64,000 nucleotides of DNA from positions 1,326,501 to 1,390,500 of the forward strand of contig JAUPSS010000007.1 of assembly GCA_040285825.1 (NCBI GenBank), written 5' to 3'. Below, in pieces: positions 45,205 through 57,931 of this stretch; positions within the stretch are counted from its first letter, which is position 1; every line of letters begins with the position of its first letter. The notes beneath the pieces were generated by a model. It did not search any database. It was not told where the DNA came from and saw only the letters and a program-made list of their open reading frames with translations. The translations under genes were made by a program, and so were the position numbers. Source of the stretch: Eukaryota sp. TZLM1-RC. Lineage: Eukaryota; Protista; Metamonada: BaSk clade.

Positions 45205-46002
45205 CTACTTATTTAGCCAATTTGAAACTAATTGCGTTTGACTGCTATTCATGACATATTTGGTTTTAGTTAAATAATCTACACCTTCTTCACAAACTTG
45301 TTCCAAATAAGGATCACCTGTAGTGTCAGGGAAAAGGGCTAAATATTTAAAAATTGAGGAAACAGCCACGTGTGAAACTTCCTGAATAAAATCAAAAGTG
45401 TAGTTCAAAATGTGTAAAATTCGAACCGCAAAACGACTATTTTCTTCAATAAAGGCAGAAATAGTATCAATGCCATTTTTGCCGAATATAGAAATGTTGT
45501 TTGAATTGTTTTGTAGAAGAGAAGAACAAAAGGAAATGCTTCTCAACCTCACAGTTGCGTCCTGATGTTTTGTGAGGTTTAATGAAACTTGAATAGCGTT
45601 GAACTGTTCTTGGAGGTAGTTTTGAACCTCAGGGTTGTTAGAAGCGGCAGTAGAGAGAACTTGAAGTGCATTTGATATTATAAATGAGTTTGAATGAACA
45701 AGAAGTGTATCAAAGAAGTATGGAAAAGCATCAATGCGGATAAGATCAACAGCGTTGTGTGTTTCGCATGCAGAATCAAGAAGTTCATCAAATCTCAATT
45801 GAACTGCATCTTGATCATATTCTTCTACATCAATAGCAGATCTTAATCTATTGAATACGTCTGCAAGTCCTTCACCTTGTGCCTTTAGTGCATTTTCAAG
45901 AAATTCCCGGTCTTCTGCAGAAAGACCACGTTTTTGTGCTTCAACTAACTTGTCAGGATCAGAATGTGAAAGAGCCTGCTTAAGAAGACCATTAAGATTC
46001 AT
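45205..46002 (-). CDS. FES1: Hsp70 nucleotide exchange factor Fes1/HSPBP1
   Basis: MNLNGLLK.A N-terminus; EDREFLENAL; NAVDL; ASNNPEVQ ARM motifs. Confidence 0.85.
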   Translation of the reverse strand: MNLNGLLKQALSHSDPDKLVEAQKRGLSAEDREFLENALKAQGEGLADVFNRLRSAIDVEEYDQDAVQLRFDELLDSACETHNAVDLIRIDAFPYFFDTLLVHSNSFIISNALQVLSTAASNNPEVQNYLQEQFNAIQVSLNLTKHQDATVRLRSISFCSSLLQNNSNNISIFGKNGIDTISAFIEENSRFAVRILHILNYTFDFIQEVSHVAVSSIFKYLALFPDTTGDPYLEQVCEEGVDYLTKTKYVMNSSQTQLVSNWLNK

Positions 46003-47225
46003 TGTAAGAAAAGCGAAGTGTCAATGAAGCAAGTTATATTCGTGCTGATCAACGATGACGTGGCATTTTAAATTTATCTCAAACAATTCAAAGACCATTG
46101 AAACCAAACACAAGTAAAAGATTTCACCAACGCATTAACATTTAATAGCACTTCATTATTAAACTACATTCAAACTACCCAAAGTCACTTCGTTCACATC
46201 CTCTTCACTGAAGATGGACTAGTTCTCAATTTCGCAAAAAGGGATGAAACACAATGCTCTTGTAATATTTGAAATTAGAAAATAATGTGAACCATAGTGT
46301 GTGAAACTTTTTAAACCACCAACAAGTTTCCATTACAATCTTCCGTTTTCAAGTTTTTGATCATCTATGAATTTTTTTTTGAATTTTTTAACAATTTGAG
46401 TTATTTGGCAAAGGAAATAGATGGGAAAGAATAGGAATTCCCTTTCTGGTACAACAGTATTGTTTTTAATATACTTCATCATGGCCCTGCTGCAATTAGA
46501 AATAGTATATGAAAGTCGTTTCACTCAACAGATTTGATGATGTTTGTGCGTGTACTGAGGATATTGAGTTCTACTTTTTGCAAAAAAACCACATAGAATA
46601 TTTCAAATATTTGTCCTTTTATAAACTAAACATCACTCATGATTGTCCATTAAAATGAGTAATTTTTTACCAATACCTTCCGAAATATCTTGTAGAGTTA
46701 TGGTACAGTAGACAAATGTGCATATTAATACCCTAAACTTTGATTTAATTAATGATTAATTACTTCATTTCAATTCAGCTAATTGTGGTTAATTCACATT
46801 ATTGAAGTACAAAATTCATCATCATTTGGATTGACAAAGGCGAACGTTTCATGAAATTGAATTGGATTCTCTGTTCAGGACAAGTCAAGCTAAATTAACT
46901 AATTTCTTAAAGCAAGCTGTCCGATAAACAAAAGGTATAGTAAAATCCCAAGTATGATATAATGGCAATCTATCGCTCACAGAAGACACAGCTCAGAATC
47001 ATAGTTTCAAAACAATTTAAAACGATAACTTTTCAACCAATGTTGTTATGACCAATTGTTAGGAAACAATTGCGTCAGAAATTTATAAACAATACAGTCA
47101 ACACTCCATAATTGTACAAGTTTAATATCGGCGGCTCAAATTCTGCAATAAGAAAAGTGTGCATTTAAAGAGCGTGTCATTATATAGGGTAGAATGTCGT
47201 TTATTTCATAATTCAATTTAAAAAA

Positions 47226-49174
47226 GGGACAAGTTCACTTATACCCATTTTGTCAAATTTTGTCCCACTTGTACCCAATTTCTCCATACCCATCAATTTT
47301 GGTTTCACCTGTACCCAAATTGCAACAATTAAACATTTCTTTATAAAGCAATCTACGTCTACATCAATTCAGTGGTCAATTCATTCCACTGATCGTCTGA
47401 GTCCTCTTCCAGCTCAGTTTCACTTTCATAATCTTCTCCAGAACTTGAGGACTCGTCAAAAACATCATGAATTGTACTAATGTTAATGATAGACTCATAT
47501 AACATTTCTTCGTCCACCTCACTTACATCACCATCATTTGCTACCTTTACCTTCTTCTTCTTTCTTCTCTCACCAGGCCGTAATCCTTTTGTTTGTCTCT
47601 TTCGTAATCTTTCAGCACCAATAAAGTTCTCATAAGTTCTTAGGTAATTTTCGGTAAGGTAGTGAGAATCAACCCCATTTAAGACCGGATGTTTCAGTTT
47701 TTCCAAAGCTGCGACAGCATGTCTACATGGGATGCCTAAACGTTGCCATTTTTCACAGGTACATAAACGCTCCTTAATATTCACTGTGTACTTTTTCTGA
47801 GCTTGTTCTACTTGGACGAAGATGTTGTCATCTCTTCTTATCGTTCTCGTCTTCAACTTTCTCCCTTCTACAACTTCATCCTTCAATTTATGCCAAACAC
47901 TTTCTACAATAGCTTTCTGCATTTCAAACCATCGATTGAGATTATCCATGATAGTTTGGATCATTGCTATTACAGGCAATCCTCTGGCAACAAGAAGCCG
48001 AGCATTGAGAGATTCGATTAAATTGGACGTGAAGTGCCCATAACGAAGACCTTCAAACCCAACAGTAGCCCAATTGCTGATCCCAGCTTTTGTTACCTTT
48101 TCGTAGGCCTTGATGGATTGTTCTCTCAATATCTCGAGATACTGTTTTAATTCAATCTCTGTTTCTGCCCTTGCTGCTTGCCATAAAACACTTGTATACT
48201 TAACGCCTATATTTTTGGCCAAATGGCGAACACGGTAGCTGTGAAACGCATCAGGAAAAATAGATCTTACAGATTCAACAAGTCCTTTCTCTCTGTCAGA
48301 TATAATGGTTGTTACTTCTGTTTTGAGACAATTTTTTAGCTCACAAAGAAACCATCTCCAGTTGTCATAATTTTCTCCAGAAACTATAGATATCGCAATT
48401 GGAAACAGCTGACCCTGAGCGTCGATCATTGTTGCACATAACATCACATTTTTATGCTTTGTTTTCAAATGGGTTCCATCAATTTGAATGAGTGGACGAC
48501 AGAACTGACTCCCATGTAAAGATCCACCAAAAGCAATAAACAAACGTTTGAAAGTATTGTCTGCTTCTTTCTCCAACACACAATGAGAACCAGGGTTACA
48601 CTGTTGGATACGAAGTATAAGAGAATAAAGCCGTGCGTAGTTTGTTTTATGAGTACCAAAGACAATCTCTCGAGCTTTTGCTCGAACTTTAGCTGCAACT
48701 CTTTCAGCAAGCTTCATATCAGCTATCTCATCCAGTAATGGCTTGAGTTCGGAAGCTGTTAGAAATGGTTTGGCCTTTATTCTATCTTTCACTCGAGGAT
48801 GGCTTGCAAGAAAGGAAGTAGTAGGTCTTGGAGCTTTCGTTCCAAGAGCAAGTGGATCACAAGTATGTTGAATCAGGATTTTGACGACATAAGGTGTCTC
48901 ATCTGGACAGCCTTTCTTCCTAGTTGCGTAGCAGCGGAATGTGCAATCTTTGCTTCTACAGACAGCATTGATGCGAGTTACCTCGAATTTTGTATATCTG
49001 ACGCTCGTTTTTCTATCGGAACCTTCTTTTCTAATAAGCTCTTGCAGGATGTCTTTGCTGAACCTATTGCCCACTGAAAGTTTGAATCTGGGGTTTTCAG
49101 AGATATTGGAGATGGTTAGATCTGGGTACATGTGGACTTAAATTTGACAAAATGGGTATAGCTGTGATTTTCCC
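47226..49174 (-). mobile_element. Mutator/MULE transposon copy 2 (1949 bp)
   Basis: TIRs 47226-47277 and 49123-49174; perfect 9-bp TSD TTTAAAAAA (47217-47225 and 49175-49183). Confidence 0.95.
47359..49131 (-). CDS. MULE DDE transposase (590 aa) with N-terminal zinc-binding and SWIM domains
   Basis: IDGTH, ISDREKG, TSNLIESLN; SWIM CTC...GIPCRH. Confidence 0.95.
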   Translation of the reverse strand: MYPDLTISNISENPRFKLSVGNRFSKDILQELIRKEGSDRKTSVRYTKFEVTRINAVCRSKDCTFRCYATRKKGCPDETPYVVKILIQHTCDPLALGTKAPRPTTSFLASHPRVKDRIKAKPFLTASELKPLLDEIADMKLAERVAAKVRAKAREIVFGTHKTNYARLYSLILRIQQCNPGSHCVLEKEADNTFKRLFIAFGGSLHGSQFCRPLIQIDGTHLKTKHKNVMLCATMIDAQGQLFPIAISIVSGENYDNWRWFLCELKNCLKTEVTTIISDREKGLVESVRSIFPDAFHSYRVRHLAKNIGVKYTSVLWQAARAETEIELKQYLEILREQSIKAYEKVTKAGISNWATVGFEGLRYGHFTSNLIESLNARLLVARGLPVIAMIQTIMDNLNRWFEMQKAIVESVWHKLKDEVVEGRKLKTRTIRRDDNIFVQVEQAQKKYTVNIKERLCTCEKWQRLGIPCRHAVAALEKLKHPVLNGVDSHYLTENYLRTYENFIGAERLRKRQTKGLRPGERRKKKKVKVANDGDVSEVDEEMLYESIINISTIHDVFDESSSSGEDYESETELEEDSDDQWNELTTELM

Positions 49175-49286
49175 TTTAAAAAAATATTCAATTTAAAATT
49201 AATATTTCAAAACTATTTTATTTCCCTTATTAATTCAATTTACCAAACTCAAAAATTCACCACTATTTGATCATCAAAGACTTCAA

Positions 49287-50150
49287 TCAACTAGATCGTC
49301 TGACAGTAATTATTGTTGCGTCATCCAATCTACTATGAATGTACTGTTTCTTGAGAGGTTTTGAGAAATCAATTTTCGCCTTCTCCACCGCTTTTCTTTC
49401 AAACCCATCTGAGCTTAGTATAAGAACATCGTCCTTCTCCATCTTACTCAGTGTAAACGTTGCTACAGGATTAATTAAATCAACCCCAGCATCAATCAGC
49501 TTGCACAACTCCTCTTTCTTCCCAATCATGCTGTTTTTGCAATGATAAGTACTTTTGAAATAACAATTACCAAAATTACGCACGGGTTGAAGCACTTGAT
49601 AGAAATAGACAGCCTTTCCTGCCTTCTTGCTGAATAACCAATCCGTATCAAAGCTTGGACATACAGACAAAATTGTTTCCGTCAATCGCTTCTGTTCACG
49701 AGGTTCAGCAGCATTATGGTCTCTTGTAAGATGCAGAACAACATCCTTTCTAAGAATGGAAGCCCAGCAGTCCCCCACATTAGCTATGAGTACATCATTG
49801 AACAAAACCGGATGTGATAGTACTGCTAATGTCAACACCGCGCCTCCTTTGTGCGTTTCTTCCCTGGAACAAATCTCATAGTCAAGCTGATCAAAGCATT
49901 TCTGGATTCCACGTTTCATAGCATCAATGTCCTTGGAGAACTGTATGTGGGAGAAGAGTTTCTTTACAAGATGGGAATGTAGATAGTCAGTACAGAAGGA
50001 GTGCCGACCATGACCGTCAATAACAGCTAGTAGCACAGTCCCATCTGACATTTGCTCAATCAGAAAGCGATCCTGACATTCGTGGTGAGGAGCCGGTATA
50101 AGTTTCGCTGAGACAATGTAGTTTTGGAGTTTCTTATCTATGGTTTGCAT
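49287..50150 (-). CDS. Protein phosphatase 2C (PPM family)
   Basis: CQDR, DGHG, ANVGD, LTRDH, RNFG, SSDG, DDATII. Confidence 0.92.
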   Translation of the reverse strand: MQTIDKKLQNYIVSAKLIPAPHHECQDRFLIEQMSDGTVLLAVIDGHGRHSFCTDYLHSHLVKKLFSHIQFSKDIDAMKRGIQKCFDQLDYEICSREETHKGGAVLTLAVLSHPVLFNDVLIANVGDCWASILRKDVVLHLTRDHNAAEPREQKRLTETILSVCPSFDTDWLFSKKAGKAVYFYQVLQPVRNFGNCYFKSTYHCKNSMIGKKEELCKLIDAGVDLINPVATFTLSKMEKDDVLILSSDGFERKAVEKAKIDFSKPLKKQYIHSRLDDATIITVRRSS

Positions 50151-51139
50151 AAATGGATTATGTGAGACTTGTTGTCAAATTATACTAAACCTCGCAGGTG
50201 AAAGTTAGTGCGAGAGTTGACAATGTGGTATGAAGTATATGTGGGGTTAGTACTAAACACTGTAACATGAGTGTGATTTTTGAAGATTTCTCCTTGCAAA
50301 ATCATAATCCATCCTCTCTTCCTTCCAAAACATCACCTATCCATTTCATTTGAATACATGTCAAATAATGTATCAAACCCTTTTGTGTAAATATACAACA
50401 TCGGGGTCATCAAGCATTAATTTTGATAACAAAGTCTTATAAACGAATTCAAACAAAAGAAAAACGCGTTGCGCATTTGAAAGATTAACAAAAAACAGTT
50501 GTCGGAAAAGAAAGAAAATTGATTGACGTCTACGAAACAAAAATATACTACTGAATAACAATGACCATTATTGAAGTTGATTATTCAAACATATCCAATG
50601 ACCATTTTACCTTCGAGGAATCTTTAAAAATAAATAAACCAATAATTTCCTTTGTGACTTCTTATTGGATAAATACTTTTGATGTTGATCACATAGAAGT
50701 GATTTTCAAAGACAATTATGATTTGTGCAAATTTAAAAAACATGTGGGATATCGCAATTTTCCAGAATGTTCATCAAAATCAACCATAATCCAGAAACAC
50801 TTGCTGTAACATGACAATTTCCAGACCCAAGCACTAGATATGACCAAAATCCATAAGATGTCGCTGTCAGTAATCCATATCATCATTGTCTTCTTCCTTA
50901 TTGCTTTCATGGTTTATTTTCTTAAACTGCCGATTCAGATCAATAAAGCTCTTTATTAATTCAATTTAAAACACTAATTCTAACAACTCTACTCTTCTAG
51001 CAATTAATGGGACAGGCTCTCCTATTATGTCCCTCTACTGCACAACTCCCACATCTAAACTTCTTTTTTTCTCTTGCATTTGTTTCATCAGAAGTTTGTC
51101 TCAGCACAGTATTCATTGTGATCCTAAAATACACTCACA

Positions 51140-54100
51140 CTTCTCTTTTGCTTTAAAATCCAGAGCAGCCACAGGATTAAGTTTTCTTCTGTGAACCAAA
51201 GTATCATTTGCAACATTACATGAGACAAAGTCAACAATAGCTTCAGAATTATCAATCCAATCACAGTATACATCATCTCTATCATCAGAACCAAAATTAT
51301 TCAGAGAAAGTGTTTCCTTCAGCAGAAACTCTTTGATAGACGATATTCATGCAGTTTGTGCCATATTGAAAACAGTGTCTCTAACAGCATCATGTAATGA
51401 AGAACGATAAGTTATCAATTTAGAGCAATTCAGAGCATGGCGCAAAGTAAGTTGAGGTGAATTCGAACAAATACATTTTTCTTTTGATAATAATTGATTA
51501 ATGAGGATATTTTTTTTAAAAAAAAACTGGAATATTTATTGAGATAAAAATAACCATCTAGAATTCAATATTCTCCAAACAAGCGTCACTATTACTGAAC
51601 CTACTCACAGCATTACGTTCATATTCTACACCAATAGTTAAAATCGCCTTGGAAATCATTGTTGGAATAGACTTGAAAATGCAAAAAAACAATTTTATTT
51701 AACCAGAAAGTGGAGTTCATTGTTTTACCAGACCTATTCAGTAACACTTTGAAATTTTCAAAAAAGTGCAACCCTGAAGGTCCAATAATGCCAAATAGAG
51801 AAATTGCAAACGGCACAAACTGATATTCCACATGTTCCACTCTACCTAATTGTGCCAAGGGTTCTTCATATTTTTTTGTCTTCTTTTTTTCAGCGTTAGA
51901 TAACGGCGAATCAGCGGAATACACTAAACGAGCAGCAGAATTTTTGCAAACATCCACTGAGACAACGTCTACAACATTGAGAACACCATCGATCCCTGGA
52001 GCTACTAAATCTGCCCTTCTTTTACCAAAGGAATCATCAGTTTGATTTGAAGACAGCTTACGTACTAGTGGCTCAATAAATGCCTCTATATTGAAACTTT
52101 TGCACATGGCATATAATTGATCACGAACTGAGTCATGAACAAGTGAGCGATAAGTTATGAAATACTTACAGTTTAAAATATGGGAAAGCGTAACAACACT
52201 CTTGCAGCGACAAATTAAATCATTTGGCAATGAACAAGGCCATAGAAAACATCTCAATCTCATTGCAGTGGTCCATTGGTGATCATTAAGTAGAAGGCCA
52301 TAAATGTTGGGAATTTGGGAGATTAAGCAACTTGAGCAACTGTCTTCAAGATCAATCAAAAAATTTGCAAAAACGGGATTTTTTTCCTTAGCCAAGCTAA
52401 GACGTACAATATAATCCAAGTTTTCTAAAACTTTCAAAAATTTTTTCTGCAATTTTGCAAAAGTCAATGGTAAGGAGAGCAAGCTTCTTGAAGGAAGTTC
52501 CACAATATCAGAGGGGAAACATTTAGCCCAAATATTGGGTGAAAGAGTTTCAATTTCCTGTTGCAAAGAAATAAGATAGGAGCTGCCACAATTTTCAATG
52601 AGATGAATTTTTTCAGGAAAACGATTCACAAATTCATATATAAAATTCTTTCCACCTCCAATAAAGGCAGCTTTACAAAGGTAGCTTGACTTATGAAAAT
52701 CAACACCACCAAAATTTGTACCACAAAAAATGTGGCTTCGTAACTGAGATGCATCAATTTCCAATAATTTTGCTAAAAAATTAGTTCTTTGTTCATTAAA
52801 AATGCGACAGAACTCCAAGGAAATTGATGGTGGTGTTGATCTCAAAATATGAGTAAATTTTCCAGAATAACAGATTTTGAGGAAAAAGAATTTCAAATGT
52901 TTCTCAATATTTAAATTTTCTATTGATTCTAATTCATTTCCAAATTGAGTCAACAGAGTCGAAAGTTGGCTTTTGACTTCATCAATATTTCCGAGATAAC
53001 AACCCAAAAAACGAAAACCAGACTGATCATAATTGATAATGGGGACATTGACATCATTAATGAAAAAATCAATTGGTTCACGGCCAATAATCAAACATTT
53101 GGAGATATTCAATGAGAGACCAATATCTTCATAACGCTGTTGAATAAAAGTTGCTATTTGTTTCAGAATTGTAATAGGAGCAATTACAGAAATGTCATCC
53201 ATATATGCTACAATATCTATTTCTGGGAACTTTTCTTTCAATTCGCACATTAATGGATGAATTGCCAGACAAAAGAAAAAAGGATATTCAAATATAATCT
53301 CATTTTTGTTACAAATGCTTCATTAGTGGCACACAATCCAAATCTTCGTGGTACAATGGTTACAAAAAGTGAAGAATCTGATGACTGGTTTTCACAAACA
53401 CCCTTTTCCAATAACAACGAGTGAAGATCTTGAATTAAAACAGCCGAGCTGCATAAATTATTATAAAGATCATTTTCACACATTCCAGTCAGTCGTTTCT
53501 GTGATGTTCGAACAGTGTTAATGCAAAAACAGTGGAACTTTGCGTTGTCATCAATAAATCCTCCCAATCTGCAAGTCTTTCGGAAAACTCAAAGTTTGCA
53601 TTTCTGCATCCACCAACAAAAACACACGAGGTAAGAACAGAAGCCTTTATCCACCCTAAAACGCCATAATGTTGACTAAGATAAGCTTGATCTGGAATTT
53701 GGAACATTTTACATCCCAGTAATTGTGACAAAACTTTTGCACGTAGCTCACGTAACTTTTGAGCTAAAGGTCTAGTGACGAGAGGATTTGTAGATCGAAA
53801 TATATGATTGAAGTTGGAACTAAAACACAGTCTTATTATGGTAAATTTGATGTGTTTTAGTATATCAAAATTCATTATTCGGTCAATTAGGTCGGAAATT
53901 GAGTTCAACTTTTCAAAAAAAATTGTAATTTCATTATTATTTCCTAAAAACGAAACCAAATGACGAATGTCATCAAATGAATATAATTTGGCTTGCATTT
54001 CATTACCATCAACTATTGTGGAAACTGCAGAATTCGATAACAAAACACATTTAGGTAAATTAAGTCGGAGACCGATTTTGGTAAATATTTTTTTAAAACA

Positions 54101-54720
54101 TAGAGTTGCTTGTTTCACAATAAGCACAACATCATCCATATATGCAATCATTTTTAGCGAAGGAAACATCTCTTGAATTTGCAATAAAATGGAATGAATG
54201 GCCAAACAAAACAAAAGAGGTCCTAACGGATCTCCTTGCTTTAAGCCACCTGATGAACTCAAAATGTTGTTACCAAAATGTAAATTAGAATATGTGCAAT
54301 ATGTTGATTGAAAATAGGGTATAAATTCCGGCATATATTGCAATAGAGCACCATGGATACTGCGACGACTTAGTGAATTGAAAGCATTACTAAAATCCAA
54401 TGACATGCAAACATTGGATTCATTTTGACGAAATAAGACATCAGTAGCAAAAATAGGTGAAGAGACTCCATCTGTAGTATTTATACCATATTGAAGGGGT
54501 AATAAAATCTTTTTAGCTTTCTCATTGAACCTGCTTATGCAACACGCAGAAAAAATATTTTGTAAGCTCTCAGAGACTGCAATAGGACGAACATCCATTT
54601 TAGAATTTTTGACAAGTGCAGTCAAACGAGAACTTCTTAATTCATCTGGATATCTGAGTTAACCATTCAATATTTTGTTGAAAAATTTGGTTAATAAACC
54701 AAGACAATCCTCTGAAGAAA
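51140..54720 (-). pseudogene. Family B non-LTR element (RT at 53489-54625; 3' part 51140-51511), split by a family C insertion
   Basis: RPIAV, QYGI, LDFSNAFNS, GLKQGDPLGP, YMDD; MRLYLNI|INQLL rejoins across the insertion. Confidence 0.88.
51512..53280 (-). mobile_element. Family C non-LTR element, 5'-truncated
   Basis: Near-identical to 21959-23686; A-rich tail; 8-bp TSD AGGATATT (51504-51511 and 53281-53288). Confidence 0.9.
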
Positions 54721-55889
54721 TAATTGGGTAAATCAATTGCTTAAATTGAATTTTTGATTTCAGAAATATCGCAGATCAGCCCCTACCGATGTCCCAGCAA
54801 TTCCAACGTTAAACGCAAAGAAAGCATAACAACCGATAACAATTTTTGTCAAGAATAATGTGTGCATGTGTCTCACTGGCGATTACCTCACACCAAATAC
54901 AAATACAGACTACATCACCATTTTTTGCATTTTAATCGTAATTGATTGGCGTTGTGATTAAACAGCATGTTTTCCAAACACATGTAGATATTAATTTATA
55001 GTAAAATTAATAATTCTCAATACCAGATTATTCAGTTGCTTCAACATGGTTTATCTCTCCATGCCTCCGGTTTTACCTGCTTGAGATAAAACATATGTTA
55101 ATGATATCTCAGTTTCCGCATTTTAATTCTATGCATCAAAGACTTTTCACATTCATCCTCAATGGATCATTGATAGTTCTTGATTTCTCTTGACCACGTT
55201 GTCACAACAAATATCCAGCTGGAAGAGTTTTGCTGGTTTTTGATCAGATAAAAGTCCCAAATAGGGTTGTAGAACTTAATAAATTGTGACATATAAGAAA
55301 TTGTGGAGAGGCAAACATTTTGTCTTAACTCTTCTACGCAAATTAACAAAGAAAATTTCAATGGGATTGCAATCATTCTTTTGTTCAAACGAAAGCTTTA
55401 TTTATGTTGTTCGTTTAGTGGATATTACATTCATCATCAACCACCAGGTAGTTTGGTCGTTCCGCAGTTGACCGAATTTCTGATCTAACAGGACTGATAG
55501 AAAACTGTAGGTACATCACTGGTGAGTACCTAAGTATATAGAATATCATTAAATCAGATTATCTTTATCTTAATCCGCCTTAAATAATCCATATATACAG
55601 CTAGCATGACGCCTAACGGCAACAAAACTGCAGAACTGTTCAGAGTTGAATTGTGCTTACTGGAAATGAAACACTACAACACCGTCGACGCTGATGACAA
55701 CACACAACGTGCCCTGTCTTTCCTTATTTGGTAGACGTTCTGATTTTGTGTTTACCCCTTAGGACTCCCCTATCAATTCCTAGCAAAATTTTCGGAGCAA
55801 ACGGAACCTTTTCTGCAAATAGCAACTGCTGTTGAAGAACTATACATATTGCGAGGTCTTCAAGATGAGTAAACAAAAGAGGTTTACCA

Positions 55890-56140
55890 CATTTACTAGT
55901 TAAATGATTGGGCAGGAGTCATAGCACCAGGTGTGGATGGAATAAATTCTTCCCTGGAGTAACGTGTCAATGATGATGCAACATTTTTGCTTGAACGAGA
56001 AGTTGTATCATTTTACAGGAGATGAATTCCTCACAGAAGATGAAAAAGCAGTAATAGAGAAAGTTGACATTACATGAGGTGCGTCCTGTGATACTACCGA
56101 TCCGGATTTCAGTGTAACATTTTCAGCAGAAATATCCCTA
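55890..56140 (-). pseudogene. Scrambled relic of the RING-kinase-TM gene family
   Basis: Blocks match 62753-62805, 62636-62672, 62819-62850 and 63309-63361. Confidence 0.7.
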
Positions 56141-56463
56141 CTCTTTGAGTTTTTTGGCTCAGTAAATATTGAATGTTGGAATTAATGTAAACTTTGTGGT
56201 TGCAGCATTTGAACAGTGAACTAATCAATATTAAATCAATCAATTGTGGTTCGAATAGCAAAATGAAAATCAAGATTTTGATGTTCATTGGTTTGAACAA
56301 CATAGATATTGTGTTCCTGTAAAAAACAGTAAGTTGTGATCACAACGGGGACACTAAGTCAAATTAATTGTTGATATAGTTTGACAAATGTTAACCAAAA
56401 ATTTATAAATATGTACAAAAGCAAACAAAAAATCAAAAACTACAGACAATTTCAACAATCAAA

Positions 56464-57931
56464 TTAGAAAACATCGGATTCCTCATCTGAGGAAAACATG
56501 GGTCCATGAACAGAACCGTCCGAACTACAAACGAAATCATATTGGTCCGAGTCGATCATCTTCACATCAGAATCATATAAGTCGCCTGTTACACAAAGAT
56601 TATCTGTGACTGGGCTATCTACCTCCAAATCAGGGTTCTCACAGAGATCAAGAGAGCGTGGAAGGGAGATATCCAGGATAGAAGAACCGCGAGACTTGAA
56701 GGACCGAGATGATTCACATAAACGAGGAGGAGACTGGACTGTGCGACATATGAATGAACTCCGGCGAGAGGCTTCACTACTGCTATCAACACGGACAAGG
56801 GAATTAGACTTTGGAACATTTTCGTTGTTGCTTTCCAACTTCTGCACCGCATTATCAAGATCATTATCATCAACACTAATTGGAGGAAAATGGCAATCGG
56901 ATATTGGACACTGTCCCTCATCAGTTACCCAAGGATGCTGCTTAATCTCTTTAATACTGGCTCTTTGGGTGAAATCCTTACATAGCATGAGCTCTAACAA
57001 ATTCCGCAACAGAGGGTCAACATCTGGTGGAAAATCAAGTTCCTGAGTGCAGATTAGATTAAACAATTCAAGTATAGAGGGATGATGAAAGGGAAGCTTC
57101 CCAAAAGCCATTATATACAAAGTAATTCCCAATGCCCAAACATCCGAAGCTTTGCCATTCCATTGTGAGAGACCTTCTACTACTTCTGGAGATGAAAACA
57201 CAGGACTAGTGCAATCTTGTAAATTCTTAGTAGATCTTCTGAGCGTATCATCTTCGTTATGCTCGAGTTGATGAGAACATCCAAAATCAGAAATCTTTAC
57301 CCGATTATCGAGAGAAATAAGTAGGTTACTGGGTTTCAGATCACTGAGATGAACATGAGAAACGACGTTTATACCGATGTAGTATTCCTTGCTGATGCAG
57401 GTAATCGAGACCTAGAAGAGCATCTCTAAAGTAACTCCATACTAAATAAGGCGGTACAGCAACAATTGATCTGAGGTTGTCAGAAAGAACAGGTCCTTTG
57501 GAAAAGTATTCCATAACGAGGTACACCTTGCTCTTTTGAGGATCTTCGATTGCTTCGATCAGAGGAACAACATTAGGATGCGATAGTTTCTTCATTATAG
57601 CTATTTCAGATCGAATCATACTTCTTTGTGCTTCTGATTTTGAATGGCCGAATAGGGACGTATTGAATACTTTGATGGCAACATCTTTGGTCCGTGAACG
57701 AGCACAATAAATGCGGACATTATTGTTTCCATTTGCTAAGAGAGATCTGACTTGATACTGATTGATGAAAAAGGACCCATCGAGAGATGATACACTTAGC
57801 AGACGTTTTGCTGGGAGAGGTGGTGTAGACAGTGTTTCATCAGTAGGTCGCGAAGGGGAAGGTCTATCATCATTCAAGGAATCTGAACCTGACATGCAGT
57901 TAGCACGAGCATTACTCTGATCATCAATCAT
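56464..57931 (-). CDS. CaMKK/SAK1-like Ser/Thr kinase, two exons (57375-57931 and 56464-57343)
   Basis: VAIK, EIAIMKKLSHPNVV, EDP, spliced HRDLKPSN, DFG, SPE, DVWALGITLY...GKLPF. Confidence 0.9.
57344..57374 (-). other. 31-nt GT-AG spliceosomal intron
   Basis: GTATAAAC...CATCTCAG; removal restores HRD and the reading frame. Confidence 0.9.

Noticed and set aside
51504-51511. Both family C insertions fall just upstream of the target element's CxC zinc-finger codons
   Set aside because: Opposite relative orientations, little shared sequence, n=2
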